DNA of 64,000 nt, taken from NCBI GenBank assembly GCA_011109175.1, contig RDEW01000040.1:186001-250000 (forward strand), written 5' to 3'. Origin of the DNA: Dicyema japonicum (taxonomy: Eukaryota > Animalia > Dicyemida). The notes beneath the pieces were generated by a model that did not search any database, was not told where the DNA came from, and saw only the letters and a program-made list of their open reading frames with translations. Every line of letters begins with the position of its first letter. Position 1 is the stretch's first letter. Position numbers and translations under genes: made by a program. Below are positions 48,589 through 62,400 of the stretch, one piece after another.

Positions 48589-48901
48589 AATAACAACGGC
48601 CTTTTCACGAGAGCCATAATATTTATAGCTCCGCATAGGCAGGACACACACTTTATTTAAGTAAAAAACACTTAATTTTAACTAATCGTAGAACCAAGGA
48701 ATGGTCTTCACTTCTTTTTTCTTGTGTGTGAATCATTTCTAGACAATCCAGTTCCGCAGTGAGTATCCACTGTTGTCGTCGTCATTTGTCAAATCCTTTC
48801 TGCATCGTAGATGCGTGGAACCTTCCACCAGGTGAACAGCAGCGAGATTCGAACCAGTAACCTAAGCCACTTTAGCCCGACAACTAACCACTATGCCACC
48901 C
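48589..48901 (-). mobile_element. tRNA-derived SINE, second full-length copy
   Basis: Colinear with 39019-39346; TSD GGTTGAG(G/A)GCAGT at 48576-48588 and 48902-48914. Confidence 0.92.
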
Positions 48902-50129
48902 GGTTGAGAGCAGTGAGGTGGGTATTAGTTAAATAATTCCTTCTGAATCCATGTTATGAGTATGAAAAAAAAGGACTGAATTATAAAATTAAGAATCAGT
49001 TTTTCCAATAATTTTGTTAAGGTGCATAGTAAAGAGATTGGTTGAAATGTCGGATTATCTTTCGGTTTCCCAGGCTTAAGGACTGGGCAGGACTATTCTT
49101 CGAAATTGTTTGATTGCTCTCCGACTGATCGGATTTCTGAATTAGGAAAAACGATACATGTTGGCTTCAGCTCTTCTAATTTTTTTGACATTTCGTCATT
49201 GAGAGTTTTTGTTTGATTTTTCTGACTAAGAAATGAAGGTACGTGTCTTTTTAGGTGGGATTGTTATCAGAAGATAATCCATAATACACACTGTAAATTT
49301 TCACCGTTAGTCTTGATCTGAAAGAGGACTCGATTGAGCACATGACGGTTTAATGACATAATTGCCGATGACATAGTTGTCGCATATAGGCACGTAAATG
49401 TCATGCTAAAGAAAGACTACAAGGAATACTAAATAACATATATGGATGGCTGTGCGAAAATCGATTAATTGCATGTTCCGGAAAGTCAGCGATCACTCTA
49501 TTTACTAAGAATAGAAAGATGGGAACGCAAACAATTGATGTCACGTTAAATGGAGTACCTATACCAAAAAAGAAATCGCAGAAGATTCTGAGTGACATTT
49601 GATACTTTCTTCTGCTTTTAGGCCATGACGAATCTATCATATTTAACCTGTGCAAAGAAGATCAATTTTGTAAAAGCCTTCCTTCGGAACTGTGGAGGAT
49701 TATATCCGCCAGGTGTCGAGACCCTCTACAAGCAGTATATCGAGCCAACACATGTGCTCGTGGAGATCTAACCTTGCGGCAACGACCTAATAAAAATTCA
49801 AGAGATCAATTAATTTACCGGAAAAATATACTGATAGAGAATAGTCCCCAGAACAATTAAGTCTATCATAGAGGCAACTGGAGGTAATTTCAGAAGAGGA
49901 AGGATAAAAGACCCCTCTCCGTATAGAAAATGTGTGGGATCACGGTCGGAGCATCGAGAAAAGATGTCCTGATTTTTGAGAGATGCCGGGATCACCTGAA
50001 TATTAGTTTGTGGTTAAGATGGTGTTTCTTTGGCTTAAATAATAATAATTTCATTGTTAAAAATAGTTCGCATACGTAAGTACTGGTTGAGGTTGTAACG
50101 TGCCTTTCTTGCACCTATGTCTGCAAAAA

Positions 50130-51511
50130 ATTCAGAACAATTTAATGACCTGACTATCCTAACCTTCAATGTCAGAGGCCTGAATAACGTGGCTATGAGG
50201 CAGCTTCTATGTTCCGATGTTGAGAAATACTGGGGTTCTGTATGCTGCCTGCAGGAGACTAAAATAAAAAATGGACTCGATGAAACACATTAAAGGTTGC
50301 TATTGCTTCCCTTGGAATCGAGGCATTATAGACAAGGCTTTCCCATACACAAGGATTATATTCACAGAGTATATCTTACTGGAAAGTCAATGACAGAATC
50401 AGTGTCTTACAACTATGTACAAGATCAAACAAAAATTCGAGAAGACTAATCTCAATTATCAACGTTGCGCTGAACCAAATCAGAGAAAAAGTGGACAACT
50501 ATCTATCCCCTAGTCACAATGGATTCAGTAAAGGAAGATCCACTGCGGATGTAGTATGGAGCCACAAGTGGCGCTGCGCTATCAACCAGAGATTTGAAAG
50601 TGCAACAACAGTCCTGGGAATAGACCTCTCTAGGGCCTTTGACACGGTTTGCCGTGGTCTACTTCTCAGGATACTGAAACAACTCTTGGACCCTGATTCT
50701 GTCAGTATGATCAGAGTGTTGCTATCTAACACGAATCTCAGAGTGCAAGTAGGTAAGATGTTGTCCCGTGAATTTACGTGCAATGTTGGTACTCCACAGG
50801 GAATTCCCTTTCTCCCCTGCTAATTGTCATATATCTGGAGGCGGCATTACGAGATATTCTGAAGTTCTTTGATGGCAACATCGTCGAAAATGCCTATGCG
50901 GACGACGTCGACTTTGTGTCAGAATACAAATCGGCCCTATATCGGCTCCTCAATGTGGCCCCTGCTGAGCTGAACCGATGGTTCCTTGGAATGAACACCG
51001 CAAAAACTGACATTGTGGAAATCAAGAGAATGGAAAGCAGATCAAGTGAAACATGTCGAAAAACAAACAAACTTGGCTCTTTACTTGGAGACAGCCAAGA
51101 TATTACCAGAAGGAAGGCTCTCGCTTGGGTAACGATGAACAAGTTTAAGAAAGAGTGGATTGGTAAACGACGATCCTGCACATCACTTCGTTTGAGGCTG
51201 TATGAAGCCTTTGTCAAGCCGATCCTAATGTACAATTCATCGATTTGGGGTACGTCCAAAACCGAATAACTTGGACTAGACTCTTTCCATCGAAGACAAC
51301 TTAGATCTCTACTAGGATTAAACTGGCGAGCAAAAATAAAAAAGGAATCGCTGTACAAGAGATGTTGCACGGGTCCACTGAGTCTCGAAATTGCTGATAT
51401 GCGCTGGAGACTATTTAGACATATCTTGCGTATGGACTTGGGTGCTCCAGCCAACATAACAACGGAAGATTACTTCATGAGACAAGGACCGTGCTTTCGT
51501 AAACGCCAGCG
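50130..51511 (+). mobile_element. RTE-clade LINE (APE start, deletion, RT, C-terminus), degenerate
   Basis: LTFNVRG..CCLQETK, GFSKGRST, IDLSRAFDTV, GTPQG.SLSP, AYADDV, RLRLYEAFVKPILMYN. Confidence 0.9.
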
Positions 51512-51516
51512 TATTA

Positions 51517-52884
51517 TGTCACATGGGCCAAGCGTTACCTATGGGCAGCCTGTTACATTAACCTTGAACCAAGATTAACTTCAATTAACTTCAATTAATT
51601 TTATAAATGACCACAAAAAATTAAATTTAAGTAACTTTTTTTAGTCTACTCATTAATACAGTCGATATTTCTCCTTTCGAATTTTTTATCTATCAAATTA
51701 AACTATTTAAAACTACCTCCACGCGATTATTTGATAAAATATTAATTATTTCTGCAACTGGATAATACTGAGACTCAAACTTATCCAGTCGCAATGAGGG
51801 ATTTGTTCCAAAGTCCTTTTTAGCCCGAACCTATTTATTAATGTTTTTTGATTCATACTTTATCTCCCATGTTAAAAGTATATTTACTATTATGAACATT
51901 CATTTTCCTGATCATAGCTTTGTAATAATTCTAATTTTCTTCAATCGATTTAATTTCAAAATTGAATCTCTTCGCATTCGGACACAAATTATCTGACTGG
52001 GAATTATCTAGATATAAATTTTTTAAATCAAACTACGTGAATTTTCAATAGATTCTGGAGTCGAACAATTAACCAAATCGTCAATTTGTTCTGGAATCGC
52101 ACACTTATCACTTAAATTATCTAAGTCATAATGTTAAGTATAACCATGAATTATTGAATTTATTCTTTTAATTCCTCGATATTTTTCGAAAGGACTTTCG
52201 TTAGAAAATGAATGGACCGATATGTTATAACTGTAGACAGCACTTTCTAATTTATCAAGCCACTTTTTTTCACTGTTATCCAGCATTTTTTACAACTTCC
52301 TCGTGATCGTCTGATTAAATCTTTCGACAATTCCTTGTGCTCGTGGATTGTTAGGCCTTTCGTGAATTTGCTTAATGTTAAAATCTTCGGAAAGTTTTGT
52401 AATTTCTTGATTTTTAAATTCAGAACCATTGTCCGACTGAAAAAATTTACATGGCCCATTCAGGCAGAACAAAGATCTTAAGTTTTCACATACTTCTTAC
52501 CAGACTTATTATATAGTGGTCGTACAAAAGCGAATCTATAAATTAATAAAAAACCAACCTACTATATATGTCAATGACCGTTAATTGGAATCAGTTGATT
52601 TAAGATACAATCTAAAATTATTGCAAAATTTACAATACCTGTCATTGATAATGGAAAAATTTGATATTCAACGCAATCTTTCACAAAACTCTTGTAAGAA
52701 GCCATTGCAACAAAATAATCTTCCATGCTAGAAATCTAGGTTTACCGCTATAAAAAAATAAAATCTTTATAATCATAACATTTATGAATAAAAAACTAAT
52801 TTAATAGGATTAAATCACGATATAAATCGGATATACAAAATTAAATGTCGGATAATTGAAAGACCTTTTCAAGCCCATGTGACA
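51517..52884 (-). mobile_element. Bounded Ginger2/TDD-like DNA transposon (1368 bp, internally defective)
   Basis: 12-bp TIR TGTCACATGGGC/GCCCATGTGACA, 5-bp TSD TATTA; integrase VIDIYSR|FAFVRPL, FQSDNGSEF, RP.NPRAQGIVERFNQT. Confidence 0.9.
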
Positions 52885-53119
52885 TATTAGCACACCTTTA
52901 GTAAATGTGAACATAATTCAAGAAATATTATCTAATATTCAAATCCATAGATATTCACGGTCCGATCGAAATCGAAGAATTTATGTCTATAAAATTCTTC
53001 TGAAAAAAAATGCAATAGATGAAGAAGAAATAACATCATTAATTGATGATAATGATAAGCTCATACATGAAGAAACTACTATAGCAAAACCCCCAAACAA
53101 GAATGCTCCTTCTCAGGAG

Positions 53120-53400
53120 CCAGATTGCTGACGGCGACGCACTCTTGTCGATACGCAGCCGACCAGGAGGAGGTCAAGAAGATCCGTAAGTAAGAATCCC
53201 TCGGAGACCATTACTAATTCTCCCCCATTGTTGTGGAGACAGCTGGAACTGTAGGCGCGAAGACGGACACCTTTCTCTACAGCATTGGAAGCAAACTCGC
53301 CTCAAAAAGGTGCGAGCCACGGGAGGGACTCTGGTTGAGGCAGAGGCTCGAAATGGCGATTATCATAGGTAACGCCTTCGGCATTCTGTCTTCTTAATTA
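53120..53400 (+). mobile_element. CRE-clade 3' fragment
   Basis: DATLVDT..FSPIVVETAG..WLRQRLEMAIIIGNA. Confidence 0.85.
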
Positions 53401-53711
53401 TTGTCTAAATCAATTTATTTGAACAAAAAATATCTATAAAATTAATTAAATTAGCGTGCTGAAATGCGTCTAGTTTAAATTTCAAGAAAAACCTTGAAAA
53501 AAAAAAATTAATGAGGTGATGTAGATATAAAGTAAAACTAAAATCCATAGAAGTAATTAAATCGTTTAGATCAGGGATTCTCAACGGCGGCCACCCAGGA
53601 TTTTGGTGTATAAAAAATATTACATATTTTACATAATGCAGCCGGATTTTAACTGTGCTTTTTCTTTCTGTTTCGTACAATAAATTCTTAAATATTTTAA
53701 CTATAAATTAA

Positions 53712-53912
53712 ATTTTTGTTGTTGTGGTGTTGTACATGTCCGTTTCTAATCATACCGAGAAATCGAATCCTATGAGCCTTCCAGCAAATCAAATAAAGAA
53801 GATAGTATAGTAGAAGCAGGACCGTCGTATGTGGGGCTTGATAGCATCACAAGAACTAATATCAACATCGTTGGGAATATTGGTGCCAAAACCAACTTGC
53901 ATTCACTATCTG
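53712..53912 (+). mobile_element. Isolated 5' end of the second R4-like subfamily
   Basis: High identity to the reverse complement of 32330-32530. Confidence 0.85.
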
Positions 53913-54349
53913 CCATTATTTCTAAAGACACTGTTATTAATTGTTGGAAAAAAGCTGGTTTGTACTATGAAGAAGTAAATCCTGACAATATGGTGTTAGA
54001 AGATATTGAATTCAATGAATCTGAAAATGTGAATGAATCAATATTTTTCAATCCCGAAATAACCTTTGAAGAAAGAATTGACCAAAATGATAAACCGTTT
54101 TCATATAAAGATTTAAAAGAAATAAGAATTAGACTTGGATCTCTTAAAAATTTGATGCATGATACGATAGTGATCAATATACATTTGATGAGGTTTGAAT
54201 CAAAATTAAATAAACTTCAATTAATAAAGGAAAAGGTGATATTAGATTATATTTGAAATAAATTTGTTGATTTAAAAGAATTAAAATATTATATGGGACG
54301 ATTTTTTAAAAATACCCCTTTTTTGTCCCATAAAAAAGTGTCACCACTG
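53913..54349 (+). mobile_element. pogo/Tigger-like transposon 3' end
   Basis: SKDTVINCWKKAGL motif, acidic tail, terminus ..GTGTCACCACTG followed by TA. Confidence 0.68.
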
Positions 54350-54689
54350 TAGTTAGCAGTCAATGTGACCTTATCCGAAGCTATTCGAACATTCCAGGTT
54401 TCCGAATATTGCATCAATGTTATTACTAACTATTAAACAAATGGACAAACCTCAAGAAAGAAAAAAGATGGAGACCGTAGATCAGTATTATGGAAGGAAA
54501 TAAACCTAACACAATACGAAGAATAAAAACAAAATTTTCAGTGCATTATGAATGGTATTTGATAATCAATCCAAGGGATAAATAAGTAAATATATTTCAA
54601 CTGACATCTGAATGAGGAATTGGTATTTTTAAAATCATAAAAAATCGACAAGATTCTGGTAGGTTGTGAAACATCAACTAATACAGGGT

Positions 54690-54955
54690 TTTCCTATTTA
54701 TTTAATAACTTTGTCATAAAATTTAATAACCTTGTCAAAAAATTTAATAACTTTGTCAAAATATTTAATAATTCGTCATAAAATTTAATAACTTTATCAA
54801 AATTTTTAATAACTTTGTCAAAATACTTAATAACTTTGTAAAGATTATTATTTATATTTTTGGGATTATTATTTATATTTATTGAGATCATTATTTATAT
54901 TTATTGGATCATTATTTATATTTATTGATCATTATTTATATTTATTGGATTATTA
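54690..54955. repeat. Left TIR array (about 7 x 21-bp TTTAATAACTTTGTCAAAA) plus an inner array (about 5 x 21-bp TCATTATTTATATTTATTGGA)
   Basis: Read directly from the sequence. Confidence 0.9.
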
Positions 54956-54994
54956 AGTTCCTATAAATACAAATTTTAGCGCAAATTGAATTAA

Positions 54995-56046
54995 ATGAAT
55001 AGTTACAAAAACAAAAATACTACTCTATCCGAAGATAACCGAAAACTTATTATAAATAAACATGAAGCAGGGTTGGCTTATTCAAAAATAAGCGAAGGAC
55101 ATCTGTATTAACTATCAGACAGTTGTTTCTATCGTCAAAATAATACAAAAATACAGGAAGTTTTGCTTCAACAAAAAATAATTGTGGACGTAAGAAAAAA
55201 CTTAATTCATCGGACATCTTATTTTTGATAAATAAATTGAAGAAGATGCTTCATTTACTCTGAAGAATTTAAAAAATTCTTTATTTGATGTGCAAAGAAA
55301 AAATGTCTCTTTATCGACAATAAATAGGACGCTAGATACATTTGGATATATTTTAAAAAAGATTCAATTTGTACCTATGGCAAGAAATTCTACAATAAAT
55401 ATAGAAGAAATATATAGATTTGCCAGAAAAATAATTGAAATTGATAATCAACGGTTTATTTTTATAGACGCAATGGGAGTCAATTGTTCTATGAGATCCA
55501 AATTTGGAAGATCTATAAAAGGAGTTACTTCGAAAAAATGTATTAGAAACATAAGAGAGAAAAATATTTCTATTTGTGCTGCTATTTCTGTTGACGGCCT
55601 TTTACATTACGAAATCAATTCCTCCCCTTATCGCGCAGAGACGTTCATTGATTTTGTAATACAGCTTAATTATAAGCTTGAACATGCAGGGAAAAAAAGT
55701 ATGGTTATATATTATATTTAAGACATGGTATTGATATGTGACAATGCATCAATTCACAAGAGCGAGCAATTAAAAAATGTTGTATTCGGAACTGGTATCC
55801 AATTAATTTTTAACGTGTATAGGGTATGAATTGTATTTTTTGCCTCCTTATACTCCTCAACTCAATCCAATTGAAGAGTTTTTTTCTGTTTGGAAAAATA
55901 ACATCAAAAAGAAAAATTGTAGGAACTTTGAGGAATTAATAAACGCAATCCAAAACATCGGAGAAATTCCATCAAATGTGTGCAATAATTTGTATAGCCA
56001 CATGCGGAGCTATTTAGTTAAAGCATTGGCTTATGAAGAATTTTAA
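54995..56046 (+). pseudogene. DD34E transposase with two mini-introns; N-terminal indels and stops
   Basis: FIFID, ICDNASIHK, LPPYTPQLNPIEE (34 residues between D and E after splicing 55795-55822); TATA-like TATAAATA at 54962-54969. Confidence 0.9.
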
Positions 56047-56099
56047 TTTATAGTTGTTTTTTTCAATTAATTATAAAATTGGCTTCTTTTAATTTGACC

Positions 56100-56270
56100 C
56101 TTGACAAAGTTATTACACATTTTGACAAAGTTATTAAACATTTTGACAAAGTTATTAAGTATTTTGACGAATTATTAAACATTTTGACAAAGTTATTAAA
56201 TTTATGACAAAGTTATTAAATTTTATGACAAAGTTATTAAATATTTATTGACAAAGTTATTAAATAAATA
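56100..56270. repeat. Right TIR array (about 8 x 21-bp TTTTGACAAAGTTATTAAA)
   Basis: Reverse complement of the left array units. Confidence 0.9.
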
Positions 56271-57014
56271 GGAAAACCCTGTAATATACGCCAATATCGT
56301 AGTATCTTGTGAGAATGAATGGGCAATCGCCATGGTTGGCAAACAGATTTATGACATTTAATAGCAAATCCTTCCAAACACGTAAACTTCCCAAAATTTT
56401 TTTTTATTGTATCTTAGACAACATGGACAGTATTTCACGACATAAAAGATATAGTAAACTGATAGTTTCATATGCTGATGACTCAATCATTAAATCCAGA
56501 AAGAATGAGTCCAACAAATTATCAGACGATTACAGAGCTCTTCAATCACCTGAAAGGGAGGAAATGAGAGGAAAGATGGCTGAACTCCTGAATGCAAGTA
56601 AGAGACAAAAATGAAATATACAATATATGATAAATTGAATATCTGAATAAATAATGCTGAAATAATACATTTATGATTGACAAAACATTTCTATAAAACA
56701 TTCTGTAAACAATACTCCAACATTATAAGCAGATATTATAATCTTTATGATGTAAACTACAATACTTCACAACACCACCACAAACATGTTGAGCACGCGT
56801 GTTTATGTAATTTAACAAATTTAGGTTCTCCATAATATATTATCATATATTATATAAATAATATATATATTCATTATTAAATTTTATTTCTTTTACGTAT
56901 TTTATGAATGTTCAGGGACGATCTGATTGTTCAATTGTATCATTAAGTTTTCTGCTGGTAAACTGTGTTTAATCAATTTAATGATTATTTTATTTTTTAT
57001 TCTAAAACAAAGAT

Positions 57015-58200
57015 TCACCGACAAATAAAATAAAAAAGAGTGGGGGCCGTCAGGTGATCACGGTCTCCTTAGGCATCTTTTCTTGGTGTTCCTCCCGAGA
57101 GACGACAAGCTTCATGTATGGATGATCCACATGTCGTAACCATTTTCCTCACAAGTGTCTCGAACGGAGTTGGCATTAGTGGTGAGAACCTAGTACCCTC
57201 GTGACTATTTCTTGGAATGGAATTTATTTTCTTTAGGTTGGTATAGTATAGGTGAATCCCCCATGCTGCACAGCAGAAACTGATTGTTGGTTGTATGTAT
57301 TGCATGTAAAGGTGATTTAATGTGGAGTGGAAACAGCTTTTGTAGTATCTAAGTAAGGTCTTTTACAAAATTTAGTTTTTGTTGGGAGGAGGAAATGATG
57401 TTGCTGGCATGCTATCTGAAGGTCATAAGGGGTTCGTATATGATCCTCAGTATTTTGATAGAGTTAGTGGTGGGGATTTACGTTTCATTAAGGTCAAAAA
57501 TATCTGAGTTCCCGTAACCTAATCCATGATTTGATCAAAATTCACGCAACTCTCCTTCCAAAGGCCTTGCTAGCCTATGTATCCTATATTTGAAACACCT
57601 TGTACCTATTGGACTCAATACTCTCAAGGCCATTTATGAATTCTCAATCAACTCATGTTTTATTCTTACATTATGCAAGAAATCGATAATTATCCCTGTA
57701 CTCAAAAACAACAAGGATTCTTCCTACAGACCTATTTCGTCAGTTGTATCGAAGATTTCGAACAAGATCTCAGACTACCTCTATGTTTTCATTCCCATAT
57801 GTCCCGATTCCGCTACCTCTTCATAGGTCTCCCTCGGGGATCCGTTCTCTTACCATCACTTTTAAGCCATACCTAAGCGACATCATAATGACAAAGAAAA
57901 CGATCCTCCTATCATACGCCGATGACATTTTTATTGCATCCAAGGATAAACGCATTTAACTGGTATCTGTAATGTCTAAGAAAAACTGACTTGATGGTGA
58001 CAAACTGGATGTATCCATTCACGTCGAAATCCTTATGTGTGTGGGAGAATAGATTAGGGTGTACATGACACATGTACTCTGTGAAGACCCGTCTTGTCTC
58101 ATATACACCAACTGAAAGATAAAATTGATTGGAGAAGGAAACCTTAGATTCGTCCATGAAGACATGATCGCTTAGATTTCAGAAAGAAGAGTTCAATGAT
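57015..58200. mobile_element. Back-to-back Ingi/I-group LINE fragments (minus-strand 3' end 57015-57570; plus-strand RT 57570-58200)
   Basis: SIIIPVLK..SYRPIS, GLPRGSVL..SYADDIFIA on +; 3' end shared with 4385-4505 on -. Confidence 0.7.
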
Positions 58201-59434
58201 CTTCCTCTAATTGACATTCAGTTATAGAAATGACAAAGTTTGGCCAAATTGAGTTCAAGCCATGCTAATTGGAGAATAATGAAGGGAGTATATATTGTGT
58301 CTCCAATAAATAGCAATTCCAAGAATAACGAAACCATCAATTGTTAAACCGAAATTGGAGAGACCTCGCATATTAACATGAACTGTCACTCAGTCTCTCT
58401 GAACACATATCTACGGAGATCACATAAATTATTTCCTGGCTAAACCATCTGTGCCCTCTAGCCCAAGTGGAATTAGTGGAGATGGCCACCAAAGATTTTG
58501 GTGGGTGGTTTGAAGATAGTGATATTGAATGCCCACTCTTTAAGGGAAAAACATGATGATTTAGCACTCCTTGAGGCGGTTTCTAAAGTCGACATTCTCG
58601 TGGTGAATGAAACGAAATTGAAGAAGGTTAGTTGCTCCACAATAGAGGAACATCAATCAGTGGAAGTAAGTTGAGAAACTACTGATCTCATGTAGACTAA
58701 ATCTGAGCAAAGGAATGTTTTCAAACCATAATATTTTGTCGTTTATTAAACTATAGGAATTGCCTAAGAGCCAAGTTGAGACAATGTGTGAACTGTAAGG
58801 ATAGGGAGATCTAGTAGAATCGGGATGATTAAAAGAATCATTGACAGAATGCTAAGGGATGAAACAGGACGAGAGTGAAAGGTTGAAGGTGGTAGGATGG
58901 ACATTAAAAACCCGTTTTTGGCAAAGTAATCTCCATGCAGTAGAAGCATATTCCACACGGATGCTATGGTTTGTCGGTATAGCTGTTGGATGTATTCCTC
59001 AAGATTAAAAAAGTACTCTTGACAAGTGACCATGCGAACCAAAAAATTAATTATAAAAATACTTTATCTCTTACTTTTTAAAGTCATTGACATATTTACT
59101 GTAAAAATTATACTTTTTCGTACTCCAATTGTATCCATGCATTGAACTTTTTGTTCCAAATCTGTAACAAAATATAAATGTTCCCATTTTTCTTGAAAAG
59201 TTCGGGTTTCTAGTTCTATTTTCCTTTTTTGAGATACAGACATTTTGCCAGAACAACAAAAAACCCATTAATTCAAAATAAATAACATAATCTAAAAAAT
59301 TATAGTAATTTTTAGATTTTTGGGCGCATTTGGTCCGCATGTTTGATCCTCTGGTTTAGAGTGTAGACTACCATTGTATTTATCTAATTTTCAAAACTAT
59401 TGGGATCTTTAAGATTGTAAGCAGTAAAGAAAAA

Positions 59435-62400
59435 TTATTTTTTAAAATATTCAACAACATCAGTCCAATATTGAGATGGCATGCGAAAATGCAAGCCAAA
59501 TTCACTTTTAAAGTCTATAATAAATTATACATAATACTGTTATCGTCCCTATCTTGTCTCTAAAATATATTTATACAACCAACCATAACATATTCTGCCA
59601 AATGTGAACAGTTCAACTCAATTGAAACAATTCGTGTATTCTCATCATTTTTGTAACAACAAGCAATCAAAGTCGGGAATAAAACGTCAATTAATTCCGG
59701 ATCAGAAAAATATTTGAAAGGAAGATTGCATAGTTGTTGAAGAATAGTCGGGGCCATACCTGACTGAATTATTTCCTAACCATTAGTTCCTAATAGAACC
59801 TGATTAGTTACATTTAAACTGGCAAAGTGTCCAATAAGAAGAATTATTGATTGTAGGAGATCATCAACATATTGAGTAAGGCAGTGCTGCATCAGATTGC
59901 TGACAATATAACGGAATTGTAGCCAAACGATAGCGTCACTCACAGCAATCTTATTAACAAAGACAATAAACCTGTAATGTGGAGACATCAAAAATAGCAT
60001 ATTGGTTCAGAAAACAGAACATTTTTTTAGATATATTAACTGTCTTTTCAGAGATAGTTTGTAATGTGAACTCGTTCTGATCAAATGACAGCAGAGTTCT
60101 GTGTAGTAAATCGATAGTTTCGAATGCACATGTCACGTGGAATATAAAAGATATGTCCTTGAATGAAATTTGATTTCTAAGCATTATAATACAAAAACAA
60201 CTTATATGGTTTCAACCAGAATACAAAAGCAGAAAAAAAGTCTAGAGAAGCAGTCACAAACACGAAAGAGGTCTTAATGTCTTCAATGAGACGAAGGGAA
60301 CATGAAATGTACTCTAATATTGCCATATTTTTGATGTAACTAACATTAGATATTAAATCAAACTTGAAAATATGAACACCATTTGAAACCTCTTTATGTA
60401 GAGCTCCGTTTTTAAAAACTATAGCAAGGATTCTTAAGCAAATGGTGAGGAGAGAGTCATCAGAAATACTGAGATTTTGACCCACAAATGGGATTTGTAC
60501 ATGTGACTAAATAAATTGACATGACTCACAGATAATTGGTACAAGAGAAGGTTGATTAAAATCAAAAATTCACAAGAATTTAACATTGTTAAACAATTCT
60601 CTTGTGAATGTTCAATGACGTGGTAAATTATCTCCAGGCATATTATTTCCAGTCTAATTTGAAACAAATCATAAACTTGGAACAAAGACGAGAAACAAAA
60701 TTAATATTTTTAGGTTGATGTGTAAGAGAATTTAATAAAATCCCAAATCCTCCACAGTTATTAAAAATTTTTGAAAATTTGTCATTTGACTTATCCTGGG
60801 ACTGAAACTAAGCAATAAACTTTATAAATTCTTAAAATTTCATTAAAATTTTTTCCCAATTCGTTAAATTGTATAATCGATTCATTTTCATCACATCTTC
60901 GCTTAATAGCCTTCAAATTAAACAATAACCTAAATATTTACATCATCCAACTTGAATTCTTTAGATTTTTTATCTCCGTAGTGTACATTTGGAGTGGTCA
61001 TTTCTGATAAACTGTTCCTTTATTCACTCATTAACTATACCTTTCAGCAAGAATTTCCCTTATTTCCGAACATTTAGTCTTTAAGAGAGCATTCCTTTGT
61101 CGCTTAAAGTCTTCAATGTAAGAGTCCTCCATCTCTTCATCAGCATCACTTATCAAACAAGGGGTCTCTATTTTTTCTGTTGGAACCCCATTCTTATGTT
61201 TTTCAGAAGAAATGTGATCCAACACATAAACATTGGAGGGAATCTGACAAATATTAAAAAATACAACCAAAATGTTGCATTTTGTACACATTTTGCAATT
61301 TAATTTTCTTGATTTATCAATAGGATGAATATTTCCCCTCGTGGGTCTAATCTGCCTCATTTGAATTGTTTGACGAGCCTTTACTTCAGCTTTCTAATAT
61401 AAAAAGTAAGCATTAACCTTTGCTTCGATCTTTTCCTTTAGAGCCGATACTTTTTCTTCTTTTGAGCATTAAGAATAGCCATTCTCTGTCTATGACTCCT
61501 TCCAATAATAATGATAATTACCTTTCTCTGTCTCTCCTATTAGCTCGGTTTTCTCGTTTCTTTTTCTTACGCTGCTCTTCAAACTCATTTTGCCTCTGTT
61601 TTTTGGTTTCTTGACGTTTCATTAGTTCACAAATTCTTTGCGATTCATTCTCCTCTCTACGAGCGACCACAGCAGCAATTTTATCACTATGTTCGTATTG
61701 TCGTCTCTGTCTTTCCTCCTGTAAGTCTGAAAAATGTAGAAAACCTGAATATCTCGCAATCTATGTTGACTTTCAGACATTTTGTTATCCAATTCATATC
61801 TTTTAGTCTCAATGTCGAGATTTTTGATAAAAGCGACCTCATTTATCTTTACTAAACAAAATTATGTGCCTTTTCGTCCGCTTCGTGAGCTTTATCGATA
61901 ATTTTCTGTAGTTCTCTAGAACGATTCTCTTCAGCAAGTCGCATTTTCCGTTCTAAGGCATCTCTCTGCTCTTGGATCATCCTTTTCTTGTATGAATTAA
62001 CCAATGCAATCTAAAAACATACAATTAACTACTTTGTGTCGTAAATCCTTGATCTTGGTTCTTCTCTGAGACAATATCTGTTGTCTGTAGTTTGCAGCTT
62101 TTTCCAATTTTTCATCAAGTTTTTTGAGAAGAGATTGTCTATATATAAAATATATAATAAAACTCTTCAGTATCGTCCTCATCAACTGATGATGCCGTGG
62201 AATCGAATGTACCTGGCTGAAATAATTCAATTTCCGCAGACAGTTTCATATCATGTTCATTATTGATTTTAAAGTTAACTCGCTCATGGACGCTAATTTA
62301 GCTCCCAATTCATCCTCATAATCATATATTTCTCGCATGGTCTATCAATTACATGTTTCCTAACCTTTTCAATATTATCATTATTTTCCTTAGAGGATGA

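Larger units (their letters stand above)
54684..56281 (+). mobile_element. IS630/Tc1-family DNA transposon (1598 bp) with long modular TIRs
   Basis: TA TSDs (54682-54683, 56282-56283); termini CAGGGTTTTCCTATTTATTTAATAACTTTGTCA inverted at both ends. Confidence 0.95.

Noticed and set aside
54690-56270. Regular 21-bp repeats as a CRISPR array
   Set aside because: No unique spacers; they are inverted terminal arrays of a TA-flanked transposon in a eukaryotic genome
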